From NCBI GenBank assembly GCA_051652765.1, contig JBOFUV010000115.1:1-64000 (forward strand): 64,000 nucleotides of DNA, read 5' to 3'. The notes beneath the pieces were generated by a model that was not told the DNA's origin, did not search any database, and saw only the letters and a list, made by a program, of their open reading frames with translations. The stretch is from Microcoleaceae cyanobacterium (GTDB lineage Bacteria; Cyanobacteriota; Cyanobacteriia; Cyanobacteriales; Microcoleaceae). Position 1 is the stretch's first letter. Each line of letters begins with the position of its first letter. The translations under genes and the position numbers were made by a program. This document shows positions 19,937 through 30,859 of this stretch, one piece after another.

Positions 19937-22156
19937 ATGCAGGATGATATGTCGAAATACTACCTATGGACAATTGGTGAGGGCATCGGGGCGCTTTCCT
20001 CCAAGACGTTAATTGCAGACCGCTACGCCATTTCTAGCCCGCTACAGCAGATCGTGGTTGATACTCAACCTGAACAGATCCCAGAAATGCCGGATGAGGT
20101 TCCGAGTGAAATTCTTCCTTACTTGAAGTTATTCCCTTACCGTGTCCATGTTCCGGTGATCTATGGTGTTATTCCGGCCACAAAAACGCCTCAGGGAAAA
20201 GTTCTCTGGCTGTTGGAACAAGGAGGAGTGAGTGTTCAGGGGAATTTGTTGCCCCAAATTTCAGTAATTTGGCAAGATGCAACAGCCATGCGTCAACTGA
20301 ACTGGTTATGGCAAATGGCTCGACTTTGGTATCCCCTCAGTTGTGAGCGGGTTGCTTCTAGTCTCCTCAATCCAGGCTTGCTCAGAACTGAGGGTTCTCT
20401 GGTTCGACTGCTAGAGTTGCAGATGGATTGGAAACCTGCGACCTTAGCTCAACTGGGTCAACTCTGGATCTCCTGGGTTTCTGGCGCAGATAGCCGAATT
20501 CGCAACTTTCTGCAGCAGCTCGCCCAACAAATGATTGCAGAGGAGCTTCGCACTGCCGATCAACTAGTGCATCAACTGGATCAAGCCTTAGTCATTTGTG
20601 GCCGATCCTTTGAGCGTCAGGTTGAAATCGCCACGGGGACAGACACGGGGCCAACCCGTGCCCAGAATGAAGATGCCTGTTATCCGGCAGAAGGAACAGT
20701 GGTCACATTGCCCGATCACTCTCCAGGCTTGTCAATTGTTTGTGATGGAATTGGGGGTCAAGAGGGGGGAGAAGTTGCGTCTCAGTTGGCCATTGAGATT
20801 CTTCGGGAAGAAATTGCCAAACTGCCTCTACATCCTGCGAATACCGACTCTCGCTCCCTCACCCCTAAGCTTAAACGGGTAGTCAGCTTGGCAAACGATG
20901 CCATCTGTAACCGCAACAATCAAGAAAATCGCCAAGGTCGAGAGCGGATGGGAACAACGATGGTGATGGCTCTGGATCAGGGCCATGAAGTCTATATTAC
21001 CCATGTTGGAGACAGTCGTGCCTATTGGATTACTCGAACGGGTTGCTATCAGGTGACTTTAGATGATGATGTTGCGTCTCGAGAAGTTCGATTGGGCTAT
21101 GCAGTTTATCGAGATGCTCTTCAACCTCGATCGGCTGGGGCGTTAATTCAAGCCCTAGGAATTACCTCATCAGCCAATTTATATCCAACCATTCAACGCT
21201 TCCCCCTAGATGAAGATTGTATTTTTCTCCTCTGTTCCGATGGGTTGAGTGATCATGAACAGGTTGAACAGGGTTGGCAGGCTGAAATCTTGCCAGCACT
21301 CAACGGCGAAACGGATTTAGCAACTGTCCGAGATCGATTGATTCGAATCGCTAACACCCAAAATGGTCACGATAACGTCACTGTGGCTTTGCTTCACTTC
21401 CACATCACTCCTAAATCTGGCCCCAAGTTACTCCCTGAAATTTCTGTACCTCTGGTCATCCCTTCAAGCAGCGAATCTTCAGAAGAGGATACGTTAGACC
21501 CCGTTGATACTGAAGAGATAGAGTCCCCGACAGAATTTATTGAGGCTCCGATAACCCCTCAGCGGCAGTTAGGGCTGTTGGCCTTTGGAGTGGCTCTGTT
21601 ATTGGGGTTGGGGGGGCTGCTTCTGTATTTCCTGCTCGCCAAGCAAAACAACGATTCTATTCAACCGACAACCCTACAACCTGCAACTTCCACTTCCACA
21701 GAGTTTCCCGTTGAGCTTAAAACAATAATTCAGCTTGGGGAGACATCGGCAGACCCTCCTCCCATTCAGCTCTTGAAGGAATTTGGGAAACCTTATATTA
21801 AGGGAATCGTACCATCAGGAAGCATCTTTCAGGTGCTCGAAAAGCAGTCTACGCCTCAGTCAGGGACTTGGTTGGAGATTAAGGTCTGCGCGATCCGAAC
21901 CGAACAACCCACTCCTGCCACAAAAAATTCTTCTCCAGAAGAATCAAGTGCTTCATTGCCTTTAGGGATTGCTTCCCCGAATCCAGTTGACCCAGTTCTT
22001 TCCAAGCCAGCTAAGGATCAATCTTCAACACCTGAAACCGCTATAACAGCGTTGCAACCTGGAGACATTGGCTGGATTCGAGGGCTGGACATTCTTGATA
22101 ACTTAAAGCAAAACTCCACGGTTCCTCAAGATCAGCAAGGAGTCTGCAATCAGTAA
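19937..22156 (+). CDS. PP2C-family Ser/Thr phosphatase with degenerate kinase-like N-terminus and a TM segment
   Basis: PP2C motifs RAQNED, VCDGIGG, MGTT, HVGDSR, LCSDGL and GHDN; TM 'LGLLAFGVALLLGLGGLLLYFLL'. Confidence 0.85.
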   Translation: MQDDMSKYYLWTIGEGIGALSSKTLIADRYAISSPLQQIVVDTQPEQIPEMPDEVPSEILPYLKLFPYRVHVPVIYGVIPATKTPQGKVLWLLEQGGVSVQGNLLPQISVIWQDATAMRQLNWLWQMARLWYPLSCERVASSLLNPGLLRTEGSLVRLLELQMDWKPATLAQLGQLWISWVSGADSRIRNFLQQLAQQMIAEELRTADQLVHQLDQALVICGRSFERQVEIATGTDTGPTRAQNEDACYPAEGTVVTLPDHSPGLSIVCDGIGGQEGGEVASQLAIEILREEIAKLPLHPANTDSRSLTPKLKRVVSLANDAICNRNNQENRQGRERMGTTMVMALDQGHEVYITHVGDSRAYWITRTGCYQVTLDDDVASREVRLGYAVYRDALQPRSAGALIQALGITSSANLYPTIQRFPLDEDCIFLLCSDGLSDHEQVEQGWQAEILPALNGETDLATVRDRLIRIANTQNGHDNVTVALLHFHITPKSGPKLLPEISVPLVIPSSSESSEEDTLDPVDTEEIESPTEFIEAPITPQRQLGLLAFGVALLLGLGGLLLYFLLAKQNNDSIQPTTLQPATSTSTEFPVELKTIIQLGETSADPPPIQLLKEFGKPYIKGIVPSGSIFQVLEKQSTPQSGTWLEIKVCAIRTEQPTPATKNSSPEESSASLPLGIASPNPVDPVLSKPAKDQSSTPETAITALQPGDIGWIRGLDILDNLKQNSTVPQDQQGVCNQ

Positions 22157-22194
22157 AAAGTTTGAAAGGGTAGGATTTGTATAGTTGGGTAAGA

Positions 22195-22266
22195 TGGGTC
22201 GCCTGGGATTCGAACCCAGGACTAATCGGTTAAAAGCCGAGTGCTCTACCGCTGAGCTAGCGACCC
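22195..22266 (-). tRNA. tRNA-Lys (anticodon UUU)
   Basis: Reverse complement GGGTCGCTAGCTCAGCGGTAGAGCACTCGGCTTTTAACCGATTAGTCCTGGGTTCGAATCCCAGGCGACCCA folds as a cloverleaf; CCA is not encoded. Confidence 0.97.
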
Positions 22267-22383
22267 GAAGGAATTGCAAAAAACTTTTGCAACAGCTACT
22301 TATTCTAGCACGTTCTCAAAGAAACCACTAGCATCTTTTTGAGAACATGAAAATTTGTACTGATAGCAATCTGGATGAATGAC

Positions 22384-22406
22384 TAGGGCGAGGTCACCTC
22401 GCCCTA
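22384..22406. repeat. REP-like palindrome downstream of gcvP (may act as a 3' stem-loop)
   Basis: TAGGGCGAGG-tca-CCTCGCCCTA. Confidence 0.5.
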
Positions 22407-22430
22407 AACGTTGTAATAAAGTGTTGGTCG

Positions 22431-25400
22431 CTAATCCTGGCTGTAGGCATCCATCGGTAAACAAGAACAGACAAAATTGCGATCGCCAAAGGCATTGTCA
22501 ATCCGTCCAACCGCAGGCCAGAATTTGTGTTCCCGCAGCCAAGGTGCAGGGTAAGCAGCCTGCTGACGGGAATAGGGATGATTCCAGTCGGCCACCATCA
22601 ACGATTCAGCCGTGTGGGGCGCGTGCTTGAGCAGATTGTCCTCAGCATCCATTGTCCCCGCCTCAATCTCCTGAATTTCCTGACGAATGGCAATCATGGC
22701 CTCGCAGAACCGATCCAGTTCGGCCTTGGACTCGCTTTCCGTTGGCTCTACCATCAGGGTTCCGGCAACAGGCCAGGAAATTGTGGGAGCATGGAAGCCA
22801 TAGTCCATTAACCGCTTGGCCACATCATCCACCTCAATCCCGGCTGTTTTTTTCAGCGATCGCAAATCCAGAATACACTCGTGGGCAATCAGCCCATTGC
22901 TGCCTTGATAAAGCACGGGATAGGACGAATCCAAGCGTTGGGCAATATAGTTGGCATTCAAAATTGCAATTTGAGTGGCCTCTGTTAATCCCTTAGCCCC
23001 CATCATGGCAATGTACATCCAGGAAATAACCAAAATACTGGCGCTGCCCCAGGGTGCAGCAGAAACAGCGCCTGTGAATGATTCAGGGCGATTTGTCAGG
23101 AGCTGAGTTAGGGGTTGGCTCGGTTGGCCCTTGTCTAAAGGGATCACCCCATGACCGGGAAGGAAGGGAAGCAAATGGGACTGAACCCCAATTGGCCCCA
23201 TGCCAGGGCCACCGCCACCGTGGGGAATGCAAAAGGTTTTGTGCAGATTCAGGTGGCAAACATCCGCTCCAAAGTCTGCCGGACGACACAATCCAACTTG
23301 AGCATTCATATTGGCCCCGTCCATGTAGACTTGACCTCCATGGCGATGAACAACCTCACAAATTTCCCGAATACCTTCCTCAAATACTCCATGGGTTGAG
23401 GGGTAAGTCACCATCAGGGCCGCCAAGTGATCCCGATGTTGCTCAGATTTGGACTTGAGGTCTCTAGTATCAATATTGCCCGCTTCATCGCACTGGACTG
23501 AAACCACCTTGAAGCCACACATGACGGCACTAGCGGGATTCGTACCATGGGCAGATTCGGGAATCAGGCAAATATGGCGCTGGCCTTCGCCTTGATGTTG
23601 GTGGTACTGACGAATCACCAACAACCCCGCATATTCCCCTTGAGATCCGGCATTTGGCTGTAGAGAAATTCCTGCAAATCCAGTGATTTCCGCCAACCAA
23701 GTGGCTAACTGTTGAAACAGAACCTGGTACCCTTGGGCCTGAGCTAGAGGAGCAAAGGGATGAATCTTGCCAAACTCTGGCCACGTCACAGGCATCATCT
23801 CGGCAGTTGCATTCAGCTTCATGGTGCAAGATCCCAGGGGAATCATCGAAGTTGTCAACGACAAATCCTTGGTCTCTAATCGATGCAAATACCGCAAAAG
23901 TTCTGTTTCAGAATGATAGCGGTTGAATACAGGATGGGTCAGGTAATCAGTTGTCCGCTGTAGCTCCGTTGGAATCGCAGAACCCGCTGTTGAAGCAATG
24001 GTAACCAGATCCTCCCAAGGCTGCTCAGCCCCACTGCTTGCAAAAATTTGCCAAAGGTAGGTCAAATCTTCGACCGTTGTCGTTTCGTCCAAGCTAATGC
24101 CAATGGTGGTGGGGTCAATTACCCGCAGGTTAATCTTGTGTAAAATTGCCCGATCGAGTACGTCCTGCAACGCCGTACTGCCAAGCTGAACCGTCAAGGT
24201 GTCGAAGAAGGATTCAGCTCCGAGAGTGTAGCCCAACTGCTTCAGCCCAACTGCTAGGGTAGCCGTCAATTGATGAATCCGTTGCGCGATCTGTTTGAGT
24301 CCCTTGGGCCCGTGGTAGACCCCATACATCCCAGCCATCACAGCCAACAAAACCTGAGCCGTACAGATATTACTAGTGGCTTTGTCCCGCCGAATATGCT
24401 GTTCACGGGTTTGCAGGGCAAGGCGTAGGGCTGGATTTCCATTTGCATCCCTGGAAACCCCTACCATCCGCCCCGGCACTTGACGCTTGAAGGCTTCCTT
24501 CGTCGCAAAATAAGCAGCATGGGGGCCTCCATATCCCAGAGGCACTCCCAACCGTTGAGTGTTCCCCACGACAATATCTGCCCCAAACTCTCCGGGCGGG
24601 GTCAGCAATGTCAGACTCAAAATATCCGCTGCAACGGTAACTAGTGCCCCTGCATCATGGGCCATTTCAATCAACTCTTGGTAGGGATCAATGGCCCCAT
24701 CCGTGGCTGGATACTGTAACAAGACTCCAAAAATCGGGACATCAAATTCAAACGTCTTCGGATCTCCAACAATCACCTCAATGCCCAGGGGAATTGCTCG
24801 AGTGTGAATCACATCAATCGTTTGGGGATGACAGTTCTGGGCAACAAAGAACCCATTGGCTTTAGTTTTGCTCAGACCATAACTCATACCCATAGCTTCT
24901 GCTGCGGCTGTGGCTTCGTCTAGCAGGGATGCGTTGGCAATTTCCATCCCCGTCAAGTCAATCACCAAGGTTTGAAAGTTGAGTAACGCCTCTAGCCGAC
25001 CCTGAGCAATTTCAGCTTGGTAAGGCGTGTAAGCGGTATACCAACCCGGATTTTCTAAAATATTGCGCTGAATCACCGGAGGAGTGACACAATTGGAGTA
25101 ACCCATGCCGATGAAGGAATGGAAAATCTGATTTTTAGCAGCAATTTCCTGAAGTTGGGCCAGAGCACCATACTCGCTTTTTGCCTCTGGGAGATGTAGG
25201 TGACGGTTCAACCAAATACTCTGGGGTACAGCTTGCTCCACTAAGGCTTCTAAACTCTCAAAGCCCAAGGCTTCTAGCATCTGTTGAACTTCCTCATGAC
25301 TGGGGCCAATATGCCGCTGGGCAAAGGACTGAGTTGAATCACTAATGCTCAAGAGTTGAGGCTCGGATGTAGAACCATGACCATAGCGTTCAACGGTTAC

Positions 25401-25469
25401 AGGATCTGGAGGCTCTACCTGACTGAACTCTATCTGACCTAACTTTGGAGCGGAACTAGACTCTAACAT
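22431..25469 (-). CDS. gcvP: Glycine dehydrogenase (decarboxylating), glycine cleavage P protein
   Basis: [47 protein letters not shown] (PLP lysine), MVEPTESE; start placed at MLESS, exact start uncertain. Confidence 0.97.
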   Translation of the reverse strand: MLESSSAPKLGQIEFSQVEPPDPVTVERYGHGSTSEPQLLSISDSTQSFAQRHIGPSHEEVQQMLEALGFESLEALVEQAVPQSIWLNRHLHLPEAKSEYGALAQLQEIAAKNQIFHSFIGMGYSNCVTPPVIQRNILENPGWYTAYTPYQAEIAQGRLEALLNFQTLVIDLTGMEIANASLLDEATAAAEAMGMSYGLSKTKANGFFVAQNCHPQTIDVIHTRAIPLGIEVIVGDPKTFEFDVPIFGVLLQYPATDGAIDPYQELIEMAHDAGALVTVAADILSLTLLTPPGEFGADIVVGNTQRLGVPLGYGGPHAAYFATKEAFKRQVPGRMVGVSRDANGNPALRLALQTREQHIRRDKATSNICTAQVLLAVMAGMYGVYHGPKGLKQIAQRIHQLTATLAVGLKQLGYTLGAESFFDTLTVQLGSTALQDVLDRAILHKINLRVIDPTTIGISLDETTTVEDLTYLWQIFASSGAEQPWEDLVTIASTAGSAIPTELQRTTDYLTHPVFNRYHSETELLRYLHRLETKDLSLTTSMIPLGSCTMKLNATAEMMPVTWPEFGKIHPFAPLAQAQGYQVLFQQLATWLAEITGFAGISLQPNAGSQGEYAGLLVIRQYHQHQGEGQRHICLIPESAHGTNPASAVMCGFKVVSVQCDEAGNIDTRDLKSKSEQHRDHLAALMVTYPSTHGVFEEGIREICEVVHRHGGQVYMDGANMNAQVGLCRPADFGADVCHLNLHKTFCIPHGGGGPGMGPIGVQSHLLPFLPGHGVIPLDKGQPSQPLTQLLTNRPESFTGAVSAAPWGSASILVISWMYIAMMGAKGLTEATQIAILNANYIAQRLDSSYPVLYQGSNGLIAHECILDLRSLKKTAGIEVDDVAKRLMDYGFHAPTISWPVAGTLMVEPTESESKAELDRFCEAMIAIRQEIQEIEAGTMDAEDNLLKHAPHTAESLMVADWNHPYSRQQAAYPAPWLREHKFWPAVGRIDNAFGDRNFVCSCLPMDAYSQD

Positions 25470-25703
25470 AGGATTCCAACTGGATTTAAGGGAAACTTGC
25501 AACTCAGAGCTGAACCTAGACCTAGGGAGACTGCGATCGCCCAACTCCAGGAATAAAACTACAGATCTCTGATCTATTTGTAACAAATTCCTACAGTTAG
25601 CCGGGAGAGACAGTTACAGGGAATACAGTTAGTTGCTAAAACGAAGATATTAAACATGGATGGGTTATAGTCAAAGCGTTTTATGTTGATCTATTGCCTG
25701 ACC

Positions 25704-26093
25704 CTATTCCCCTTCTACTAGAGCCTGGTATTCCTTGGAGGATAGAGATTCATCTAAGTCACTCACATCGTCGATCCGAACTTTGATCAGCCACCCCTCG
25801 CCATAGGGATCTTCGACCAGTTGTTCGGGGGATTCTACTAATGCCTCGTTGCGCTCAATCACAGTGCCACTCAGGGGTGCTTTCAAATCCTCAACAGCTT
25901 TGACCGATTCTACGGTGCCAAAGGATTCTCCCTTTTCCAAAGCCTCATTCACATCAGGCAGTTCTAGGAACACAATGTCTCCCAATTGGTCAACTGCAAA
26001 GGCACTGATCCCAACCGTTGCAATCTCGCCATCAAGCCGGACATATTCGTGGGTGTCAGTATATTTGAGGTCGTCTGGGTACTCTAGGGACAT
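25704..26093 (-). CDS. gcvH: Glycine cleavage system H protein
   Basis: Lipoyl-lysine motif VESVKAV and DPYGEGW. Confidence 0.97.
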   Translation of the reverse strand: MSLEYPDDLKYTDTHEYVRLDGEIATVGISAFAVDQLGDIVFLELPDVNEALEKGESFGTVESVKAVEDLKAPLSGTVIERNEALVESPEQLVEDPYGEGWLIKVRIDDVSDLDESLSSKEYQALVEGE

Positions 26094-26154
26094 ATCAGTT
26101 GTTTATCAATCTAAGATTAAGTTCAAGATCAGTTTAGTTCAGAGCGCCATAAAC

Positions 26155-27018
26155 ATGGACAAAGATTTGCTTAAATTGAATCGATCATTTATCTTAGGTA
26201 AGTTTTCCTGCCAACGTCTGATCCGATCTACACTTTTGATTTATAGTGCTGTAGGGCTGTGGGCTTACTTCTACAGCGATCGCCTAATTTTTTTGCCGTC
26301 CCCCAGCACGTATTCCCACAGTGAAGATTTAAAGTTTTTAACAACTGCAGACAGGACTCAGATTGCCGCCTTATATTTACCTAATCCCCAAGCAACCTAT
26401 ACGATTCTGTACAGCCACGGGAACGCGGAAGACATTGGTGATAATCGCTCTCGTTTAGTCGGGATGCGAGATATGGGGTTCTCCATGATGATTTATGATT
26501 ATCCCGGCTATGGGTTGAGTGGGGGCAATCCCTCAATACCAGGAACCTATCAGGCGATTGATGCGGCCTACACCTATCTGACCCAGGAGTTGAATATTCC
26601 TAGCGATCGCATTATTGTCTACGGGCGTTCGGTTGGCGGTGGGCCAGCGATTGATTTAGCCAGTCGCAAATCCGTTGGGGGTTTAGTCGTAGAGAGTTCC
26701 TTCACCAGTACCTTTCGGGTCAGGACTAAAATTCCAATTTTCCCCTTTGATAAATTCCCCAATCTTGACACGATTAAACGGGTTCAATGTCCAGTATTGA
26801 TCATGCATGGAGATCAAGATCAAGTCATTCCGATTTCCCATGGCAAACAGCTTTATGCAGCCGCTCCAGATCCAAAAATGGCATTTTGGGTCAAAGGGGC
26901 CGATCATAATAACTTACAAGAAATTGCTGGAGAACAGTATCAGAAAGCGCTACAAGACTTTAAACAACTCATTGAACGGCAACGTTCAGGCAAACAAGCT
27001 ACTCGTAATACATTCTAG
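26155..27018 (+). CDS. Alpha/beta hydrolase (ABHD17/Bem46-like)
   Basis: SHGNAEDIG, YDYPGYG, GRSVG nucleophile, HGDQD, ADHNN; start moved to ATG 26155 to avoid overlap with gcvH. Confidence 0.85.
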   Translation: MDKDLLKLNRSFILGKFSCQRLIRSTLLIYSAVGLWAYFYSDRLIFLPSPSTYSHSEDLKFLTTADRTQIAALYLPNPQATYTILYSHGNAEDIGDNRSRLVGMRDMGFSMMIYDYPGYGLSGGNPSIPGTYQAIDAAYTYLTQELNIPSDRIIVYGRSVGGGPAIDLASRKSVGGLVVESSFTSTFRVRTKIPIFPFDKFPNLDTIKRVQCPVLIMHGDQDQVIPISHGKQLYAAAPDPKMAFWVKGADHNNLQEIAGEQYQKALQDFKQLIERQRSGKQATRNTF

Positions 27019-27071
27019 ATTCTAACTAACTAAGTTCTAACTAACTAAGTTCAACTAAAGTCAAATCACGT

Positions 27072-28727
27072 CTAATTGCGCCAACGTTTTGCAACTTTAT
27101 CCAGGATTTTTGCAAGTTCAGATTCACTCAAGGTTCGAATCACAAATAAATCGTAAGGCGCTTGGCTAATGGCTTGGCCATAGGCCGCCTGCAAGTAGAT
27201 GTCGTACCCTGAGCGTTCTGCAACGTGGGTTGCAAAGAAGGCAACTGTCAGAGCATTAACATATCCTCGGGTGGTTTGGATGACAGGAGAAATTAGCCCC
27301 CCCACATTGGGGAAAGTTGGAGAACCCGGTTCTTCCATATCGTAGAAATGATGGTCGTTTTTCTTGACAATCAGATACCGATCAGGGGTTCCTAGCCAGG
27401 TGAAAGTCTGAACCTGTTCAGTCACTAAGGGAGTTAACAGATCTTTGCTACTGCCCACCATCATGACTGGGATTCGGACTTGACTGAGGCTAGCTTGACC
27501 AAAAATACTGCTGCTCACCGGATTGAGTAGGGTGATTGCCCCCACTCGTTGATCCCGCAGACTATCGGGTTTTTGAGGCAGATCTAAGGCGCGACACTGA
27601 AGGAACAAGGAGGGATTCAGGGGGGGTTTGTCTGGCTTGCAATCGGTCTCCAGTTGATTGAAATTTAGGGTTGCTCCGGCTAGGGCTAGGGCGGTATACC
27701 CCCCAAAGGAGTGGCCAAACACGCCAACTTGTTGGAGATTTAATTGACCCCCAAACTCCGTTTTGTTTAAGCGTTCTAGCTCGTTCAGCAATTCAGTCAC
27801 ATCTAGGGGCCGATCAATAAATTCTTGCAGGTCGAAGAATTCAGCTTTTTCTCCTTTGAGCAGGGATTGTAGCCGTTGGCGATCGCTGCCGGGATGTTGG
27901 GGTACTGCGACCACAAAGCCATGGGAGGCCAGATGTTGGGCGATGGGTTGAAACCCTTTACGATCGGAAGCAAGTCCATGGGAAATCACAATCACAGGCA
28001 CAGATCCAGTTTTCTGGGCAGCCTGATTCAAGGGCATAGGCAGATAGAGGTCAGCTTCAAGGGAACCCCCTCGCCGAGAATTGACAAATGTTTGCTCCCG
28101 GCGAGTCACTTGAAATGATCCAAATTGGCGCAGATCAGGGTGTTTCCTCCAGTCAACGGCGGGAGAGCGACTAGCCTCAATTCGTGCCAGGTTTGCAATT
28201 TCATCAACGACGGCATCTGTTTGCTGGATCAGGGTGCCAACATCCACCAAAAGTTCCAAGCTTTCTAAGACATCAACCCGAATTTGTGAGCCGGGAAACT
28301 CGTGCAAAATATCTAGCAGCGTAAAGCCTTGGGGTTGAGCTGTGACGGATTTCAGGGCAGTTTGGATGGCTTCTGCTCCATTTTCGCGGGTTTCAGTTTG
28401 AATCGCCTGACCGACTTTGAACAAAAAGGTCGCGATCATGGGTGAACTGAGAAGTCCCTGCACAGCGACAGGGTCGAGCTGATAGCGGGATTGTAAGATC
28501 TCTCGAATTTCATCTGCTTCTTCTGGACTAAATAAAGGAGTTTGAAGGACTAGAGAGTTCTTCGAATTTAGGGATTCTCTGCCTTCAACATAGGCTTCTA
28601 GGGAACTAATGGGCAGCTTGACTTCTGCTTCACCCACGGGAAAAGAAATAAACTCAGCGGCTACTGCGGTCTGAGCGATAACCAAAGTAGAGCTAATGCT
28701 TGAGATTAAAAGTTTCAGCCAATGCAT
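27072..28727 (-). CDS. Alpha/beta hydrolase with N-terminal DUF1400-like domain
   Basis: Signal peptide ending AVAAE; SHGLAS, HPGSD, DRPLDV and GHSFGG nucleophile. Confidence 0.85.
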   Translation of the reverse strand: MHWLKLLISSISSTLVIAQTAVAAEFISFPVGEAEVKLPISSLEAYVEGRESLNSKNSLVLQTPLFSPEEADEIREILQSRYQLDPVAVQGLLSSPMIATFLFKVGQAIQTETRENGAEAIQTALKSVTAQPQGFTLLDILHEFPGSQIRVDVLESLELLVDVGTLIQQTDAVVDEIANLARIEASRSPAVDWRKHPDLRQFGSFQVTRREQTFVNSRRGGSLEADLYLPMPLNQAAQKTGSVPVIVISHGLASDRKGFQPIAQHLASHGFVVAVPQHPGSDRQRLQSLLKGEKAEFFDLQEFIDRPLDVTELLNELERLNKTEFGGQLNLQQVGVFGHSFGGYTALALAGATLNFNQLETDCKPDKPPLNPSLFLQCRALDLPQKPDSLRDQRVGAITLLNPVSSSIFGQASLSQVRIPVMMVGSSKDLLTPLVTEQVQTFTWLGTPDRYLIVKKNDHHFYDMEEPGSPTFPNVGGLISPVIQTTRGYVNALTVAFFATHVAERSGYDIYLQAAYGQAISQAPYDLFVIRTLSESELAKILDKVAKRWRN

Positions 28728-28762
28728 ATTTGGGTTAATTGGGTCTAGGACATACAACTGGG

Positions 28763-28871
28763 CTTGTCTAAACTCAACTTGTCTAGACCTAGCTTGTCTA
28801 GACTTAACTTGTCTGAACTTAGCTTGTCTAGACTTAACTTGTCTAGACTTAGCTTGTCTAGACTTAGCTTG
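28763..28871. repeat. Tandem array of seven 15-bp units CTTGTCTAGACTTA(G/A)
   Basis: Units start at 28763, 28778, 28793, 28808, 28823, 28838 and 28853; most contain the palindrome GTCTAGAC; there are no spacers. Confidence 0.9.
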
Positions 28872-28911
28872 AACACAAGTTAAGTTGCGTTTAGTGAGCC
28901 TTTAAATCTAT

Positions 28912-30645
28912 TCATTGAGATTGCAGCCAATTCCCTAAGAAAATTTGTGACTCTATGGATTGACCTTCAGGAGTCTGGGCTTGCTCAATCGCTCGAAAAA
29001 ACTGTTCTGAGGTGATGGATTGTACCAAGCTCAATGGATAAGGATCTTGGCTGATGGCCCTGGCATAGCTAGCCTGAAGATAGGGTTGGTATTCACTCTC
29101 ATTCGCGATATGAACCTTAAAAAAGGCCAAACCCAAAGCATTGATATAGCTGCTGACAGTAACAGGAACAGGGGCAATAATCTCTTGCAATGAAGCACTC
29201 ACTGTCCGATTTATGAAGCTCAGGTCAAGATTAATATGTTGGTCTCCTTCAGTCAGCAGCAAATACTTATTCGGTGTTGTCAACCAAGTAAAAGAACGCA
29301 CTTGTTCCCACGCAACGGGCGTGATTTGATCCTCTCCACTGGTCTTCCACAGCACGGGAACTTGGATGTGACTCAAGCTCTGCTGGCCAAAGATACTACT
29401 ACTCACCGGATTGATCGGCATGATCGCTTTCACCCGTTCATCTTGCAAGCGATAACGTTGTTGGGGCAGCCCCAAGGCACGACATTGGAAAATTTGAGCT
29501 AGATTGAGAGAGTCTAGGCTGAAAGCACATTCAGTCTCCAAATTCTCAAAGTCAATCTTTGCTCCTGCCAGGGCAAGGGCTGTATAAGCACCAAAGGAAT
29601 ACCCCGCCACTCCAACTTGACTCAGGTTCAAGTTGTCATTAAACTCAACGTCGTTGAGACGCTCCAGTTCATCTAAGAGGTAGCTCACGTCCAGGGGGCG
29701 GTCAATAAAGTCATGCACCTCAAACACATCAGAAGCCTGACCCGAAAGCCACCTCTGAACCTGGTTGCTGTCACTCCCTGGATGCTCAATCAAAGCAACT
29801 GCAAATCCATAGGACGCAAGATGCTGAGCAAAGCTTTCATAGCTGGTTCGGTTTTCTCCCAAACCATGGGACACCACAATCACAGGAATCGATCCGGGGG
29901 GGCGACGAATCCCTGACCCTAAAGGTCTCGGGAAGTAGAAATCAACGGGAATCGAGCGATCGCGCCGTCGATCCTTCAGTAACCAACCCTGCTTTGAAAC
30001 CTCAAAGGAGCCAACTTGCCTCAAATCTGGCTTTTGGGCGAAGTCAAATGGCGTTGCTTGTCGAGCCTCCTGGGAAGACAACTTGACAATCTCTGCAACG
30101 ACAGCATCAGTTTCCTTGAGCAGGATTTCAACTTGATCTCGAATTTCAAATAAAAGCTGAGTATTGAGCTGAATGCCTTCACTGGGAAACTGTTTCAAGA
30201 TTTCTAGTAGACTAATTCCTTGAGGGTTTTGAGCGGCTTCAATCAAGGCAGTGCGGATTTCATCGGAGCCATTGCGAAAAATCTGCTGACCCTCTCTGCT
30301 GGATTGAGCCTGAATTAAGTCGCCGATCCGCTGAAGAAACATTTCCCCAGTTGGAGAGTAGAGAAATTGGGAGATGACTGCCGGATCAACCCTAACAGTA
30401 TCTTGTAAAATACTGCGAAATTGCTCTTGATCTGAAGCACTCAGGAGGAGCAAGTACCCTTCTAGCTCTGGGCTAACGCGACCCTGGTTGACATAGTCTT
30501 CTAAACTTTGAACCGATACAGAAACATTGGCAGAGACAAAGGACAAATAGACCCGCTCCGCAGCCTGAGCCGGAAAAGACAAACAGACAGAACTTGCAAT
30601 ACCCAGAATCAACCCTCGAATCCAACCTTGCACAATCACCCTCAC
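28912..30645 (-). CDS. Alpha/beta hydrolase with N-terminal DUF1400-like domain (tandem paralogue)
   Basis: PAQAAE signal; SHGLGE, HPGSD, DRPLDV, GYSFG; clearly similar to 27072..28727. Confidence 0.85.
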   Translation of the reverse strand: MRVIVQGWIRGLILGIASSVCLSFPAQAAERVYLSFVSANVSVSVQSLEDYVNQGRVSPELEGYLLLLSASDQEQFRSILQDTVRVDPAVISQFLYSPTGEMFLQRIGDLIQAQSSREGQQIFRNGSDEIRTALIEAAQNPQGISLLEILKQFPSEGIQLNTQLLFEIRDQVEILLKETDAVVAEIVKLSSQEARQATPFDFAQKPDLRQVGSFEVSKQGWLLKDRRRDRSIPVDFYFPRPLGSGIRRPPGSIPVIVVSHGLGENRTSYESFAQHLASYGFAVALIEHPGSDSNQVQRWLSGQASDVFEVHDFIDRPLDVSYLLDELERLNDVEFNDNLNLSQVGVAGYSFGAYTALALAGAKIDFENLETECAFSLDSLNLAQIFQCRALGLPQQRYRLQDERVKAIMPINPVSSSIFGQQSLSHIQVPVLWKTSGEDQITPVAWEQVRSFTWLTTPNKYLLLTEGDQHINLDLSFINRTVSASLQEIIAPVPVTVSSYINALGLAFFKVHIANESEYQPYLQASYARAISQDPYPLSLVQSITSEQFFRAIEQAQTPEGQSIESQIFLGNWLQSQ

Positions 30646-30859
30646 AAACCGTTGAAGTAATAAGCTGTTGCTGAAACACCGACCTATTCTCCGTGAGTGC
30701 TGTCGAGACCTTCACTCTGTGAGAAAAGCCTGAGGATGCCTGAAAAACCCTTGCATCTTATTATTATAGCTAGAGGATTTTTTTCCAAAAATCCTTAACC
30801 CTTGTCAAAAGTGGGCCAATGCAAATACCCATGCATCTGGAGCTTAGAGATGATTCTAA

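Noticed and set aside
25849..26154. 5' extension of the hydrolase ORF overlapping gcvH
   Set aside because: It is antisense to a conserved gene; the ATG at 26155 gives a normal protein with an N-terminal hydrophobic anchor.
28763..28871. Possible CRISPR array
   Set aside because: The units are 15 bp and directly adjacent, with no unique spacers, and there are no cas genes in the window.
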